Source of the DNA: an uncultured Acidobacteriota bacterium
GTDB lineage: Bacteria; Acidobacteriota; Thermoanaerobaculia; Gp7-AA8
Assembly (NCBI GenBank): GCA_963822445.1
Contig: CAWGHO010000001.1
Location: 1,312,001 to 1,376,000 of the forward strand
Direction of reading: 5' to 3'
Length of the DNA: 64,000 bases
Below are positions 61,397-64,000 of the stretch, piece after piece; the first letter of the stretch is position 1, and each line of letters begins with the position of its first letter. Both the position numbers and the translations under genes were made by a program. The notes below the pieces were generated by a model. The model saw nothing but the letters and a program-made list of their open reading frames with translations. It was not told where the DNA came from and ran no database searches.

Positions 61397-62020
61397 GTGC
61401 GCAAACTCCTTCTGATTCTCATCCTCGCCGTCCCGGTCGCGGCCGTCACCGTCGATCGCATCGCAGCGGTCATCGACCGGCAGGTGCTGACGGTCAGCGA
61501 GGTGACCCAGATGGTCGAGATCCGCTTCTTCCCGCGCACCTCTGAGAGCGAGGACGACCATCGCCGCGACGTGCTCGATGCCCTGATCGCCCAGGCCCTC
61601 CGGTTCCGCGATGTCGAGCGCTTCGGTGCGCAGGACATCCCGGCGGATACGATCGAGGCGCGGCTGCAGGAGATCCAGCGCCGCTTCGCGAGCGAGGCGG
61701 AGTTTGCCGCGGCCATTGCGCGCGCCGAGCTCACCGTCGACGAGGTCCGCGCGCTGGTGAAGCGGCAACTGCAGGTCGAGGCGTACATCCAGGAGCGGTT
61801 CGCGCCGCTGGTCTTCGTCTCGCCGGAAGACATCGAGGCGTATTACCGCGGGCCATGGACCGCGCAGCGACGCGCGCGCGGGCTGGCCGTTCCGCCGCTC
61901 GAGCAGGTCCGCGAAGAGGTCAGGCTCGCCGTGCGCGGCACGCGCGTGCAGCAGGAGATCGACAAGTGGACCGGCCAGTTGCGCGAGCGCGCCAACGTGG
62001 ACGTCTACGCCTGGCGGTGA
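61397..62020 (+). CDS. SurA N-terminal domain-like chaperone
   Basis: VDRIAAVIDRQVLTVSEV; LRERANV; no PPIase core evident. Confidence 0.8.
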   Translation: MRKLLLILILAVPVAAVTVDRIAAVIDRQVLTVSEVTQMVEIRFFPRTSESEDDHRRDVLDALIAQALRFRDVERFGAQDIPADTIEARLQEIQRRFASEAEFAAAIARAELTVDEVRALVKRQLQVEAYIQERFAPLVFVSPEDIEAYYRGPWTAQRRARGLAVPPLEQVREEVRLAVRGTRVQQEIDKWTGQLRERANVDVYAWR

Positions 62021-63108
62021 CTCCCGATTTCCTGATCATCGGCGCGGGCGTGATCGGCCTTTCGGTCGCACGGGAGCTCAAACGCCGCGACCCATCCGCG
62101 CGCGTGGTCGTCATCGACAAGGAACGCCAGCTCGGCCTGCATGCTAGCGGCAGGAACAGCGGCGTCCTTCACGCCGGCTTCTACTACTCGCCTGATTCGC
62201 TCAAAGCCCGGTTTGCGCGCGTGGGAAACGAGGGGCTGACCGAGTACTGCATCGAGCGCAACCTCCCGATCAACCGCTGCGGAAAGCTGGTTCTCGCGAC
62301 GAATGACGAGGACCTGCCCGGGCTCGAAGAGCTGTACCGCCGCGGTGTCGCGAACGGCGTGCAACTGGAGATGATCGACGCGCCGGCAGCGCGCGCGATC
62401 GAGCCCCGCGCACGAGTGCATGAGCGCGCGATCTGGTCACCGACGACTTCTACGATCGATCCGATGGCGCTCCTGACCTCGATCGCCGAAGACATCGACG
62501 TTCGCCTCGGAACGCCGTACACGGGTCAACCAGCTGGCTTCGTCGTCAACGCCGCGGGACTCGGCGCGGTCCATATCGCCCGCCAGTTCGGCTTCGCCCG
62601 CCGCTACCGGATGATGCCCTTCAAAGGTCTCTATCTCCATTCGAACGAGCCTCCCGGCGCATTCCGCACGCATCTCTACCCCGTCCCCGATCCCCGCTTC
62701 CCCTTCCTCGGCGTCCACTTCACGCTCACCGTCGACGGTCACGTGAAGATCGGTCCCACCGCGCGTCCTTGGCTGCTCCACGGCGCGCGGCTGCTGGCGA
62801 CGAACGCGACGTTGCGCGCGCAGGCGATTGAGGAGATTCGCAAGACGTCGCGCAGACATGTCGTCCGGCGCGCGGCGACGCTCGCGACCGGCGTGGACGT
62901 GAAGAACTACACGCGCTGGGGGCAGCCGGGCGTGCGCGCGCAGCTCTACGACGTCGAAAAGCGCGCGCTGGAAATGGATTTCGTGCTCGAAGGTGACACG
63001 CGCTCGATGCACATCCTCAACGTCGTCTCCCCCGGCCTCACCTGCGCGTTCGCGTTCGCGGAGTACGTGGTCACTCGCCTACGAGCGCCAGAAACTCGTC
63101 TTCGCTGA
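62017..63108 (+). CDS. lhgO: L-2-hydroxyglutarate oxidase family FAD oxidoreductase
   Basis: IIGAGVIG, ASGRNSGVLHAG, YPVPDPRFPFLGVHFT, GVRAQ, SPGLT; GTGA overlap with upstream gene. Confidence 0.85.
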   Translation: MTPDFLIIGAGVIGLSVARELKRRDPSARVVVIDKERQLGLHASGRNSGVLHAGFYYSPDSLKARFARVGNEGLTEYCIERNLPINRCGKLVLATNDEDLPGLEELYRRGVANGVQLEMIDAPAARAIEPRARVHERAIWSPTTSTIDPMALLTSIAEDIDVRLGTPYTGQPAGFVVNAAGLGAVHIARQFGFARRYRMMPFKGLYLHSNEPPGAFRTHLYPVPDPRFPFLGVHFTLTVDGHVKIGPTARPWLLHGARLLATNATLRAQAIEEIRKTSRRHVVRRAATLATGVDVKNYTRWGQPGVRAQLYDVEKRALEMDFVLEGDTRSMHILNVVSPGLTCAFAFAEYVVTRLRAPETRLR

Positions 63109-64000
63109 GCACGGCCACGCCGAGGGACTTCGCTTTGCCGAGCTTCGATCCCGCGGCTTCGCCGGCGACGAGGTAGCTCGTCTTCGAGGACACGGAACCG
63201 GAAGGCTTGCCACCTTCACGCTCGATGAGCTTGTGAATCTCGTCGCGCGAGAAGCGCGTGAGCGTGCCGGTGACGACGACAGTCTTCCCGGCAAGACGAT
63301 CACCGGTCGCAGTGGCGACATGCTTCGGTTTCACGCCGAGCCGTTGCATTTTCTGGATGCGCTCGCGATTCGCCGGGACCGCGAAGTAGGACGTGATCGC
63401 GTCCGCCAGTTTCGGCCCGATCTCATGAATCCCCACCAGTTCCTCGGTCTGCGCATCCATGAGCGCGTCGATGGATTTGTAGTGATCGGCGAGGATTTTC
63501 GCGGCACGTTCGCCGACCATGCCGATGCCGAGGGCGAAGATGAAGCGGGACAGCTCATTTTCTTTCGAGGCTTCGATGTTGGCGATCAGCTTCCGAGCGG
63601 ACTTCTCCCCTTTCCGCTCGAGATTCGCGACCTGTTCATCGGCCAGCTCGTAAACGGACGCGTAATCGGTGATGAGACCGGCCTGGAGCAAGGCTTCGAC
63701 GGTCTGCCATCCGAGACCTTCGATGTCCATGGCCTTGCGCGAAGCGAAGTGGGTGATCGACTGCAGGACGATCGCGGGACAGCCCTGGTTGATGCAGCGG
63801 ATCGCCACCTCGCCTTCGAACTTGTGCAGCGGCTCGCCGCAGACCGGGCAGTTCTCGGGGATCGCGAATTCCTTCGCGCCGCGCGGCCGGTGCTCCTTCA
63901 GGACGTCGACGACCTTGGGGATGATGTCGCCGCCCTTCTCCACCATGATCGTGTCGCCGATGCGCACGTCCTTGCGGGCCAGCTCTTCGAAGTTGTGCAG
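63071..64000 (-). CDS. ligA: NAD-dependent DNA ligase (3' part)
   Basis: KGGDIIPKV, zinc finger CPVC..C..C, HhH repeats, BRCT SVSSKTSYLVAGE. Confidence 0.95.
   Translation of the reverse strand: MHNFEELARKDVRIGDTIMVEKGGDIIPKVVDVLKEHRPRGAKEFAIPENCPVCGEPLHKFEGEVAIRCINQGCPAIVLQSITHFASRKAMDIEGLGWQTVEALLQAGLITDYASVYELADEQVANLERKGEKSARKLIANIEASKENELSRFIFALGIGMVGERAAKILADHYKSIDALMDAQTEELVGIHEIGPKLADAITSYFAVPANRERIQKMQRLGVKPKHVATATGDRLAGKTVVVTGTLTRFSRDEIHKLIEREGGKPSGSVSSKTSYLVAGEAAGSKLGKAKSLGVAVLSEDEFLALVGE

Noticed and set aside
63071-64000. ligA as the NHEJ partner of the Ku pair
   Set aside because: It is the replicative NAD-dependent ligase, 28 kb away, not LigD.

Overview
High-GC, gene-dense bacterial chromosome segment. 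Gene content and protein tail motifs suggest Acidobacteriota (probably Thermoanaerobaculia); this is an inference. I found no CRISPR array, rRNA, tRNA, prophage or transposase. Housekeeping genes include dusB, yhbY, dsbD, ampG-like MFS, rsmE, gltA, prmA, ppa, a CIRCE-controlled hrcA-grpE-dnaK-dnaJ operon, lhgO and partial ligA. Envelope and secreted proteins include three FG-GAP/Ig-like paralogues, an S41 protease, GH18, alpha-2-macroglobulin with PBP1C and an M15 peptidase. There is also a DUF433/DUF5615 toxin-antitoxin pair and a GGDEF-EAL sensor. Main observations: (1) two distinct C-terminal tags recur on signal-peptide proteins, a ~95-100 aa triple-repeat domain and a short [RK]RR[AS] tail, both candidate lineage-specific sorting/anchoring signals; (2) a family of REP/REPIN palindromes, one cluster inserted in frame inside pbpC; (3) two divergent, translationally coupled Ku genes preceded by a small 4xCxxC zinc finger; (4) a c-di-GMP-I riboswitch upstream of the secreted GH18 gene; (5) a probable CTG start codon and several apparently leaderless genes. 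Many frameshifts at 51.8-60.4 kb are most likely assembly indels.
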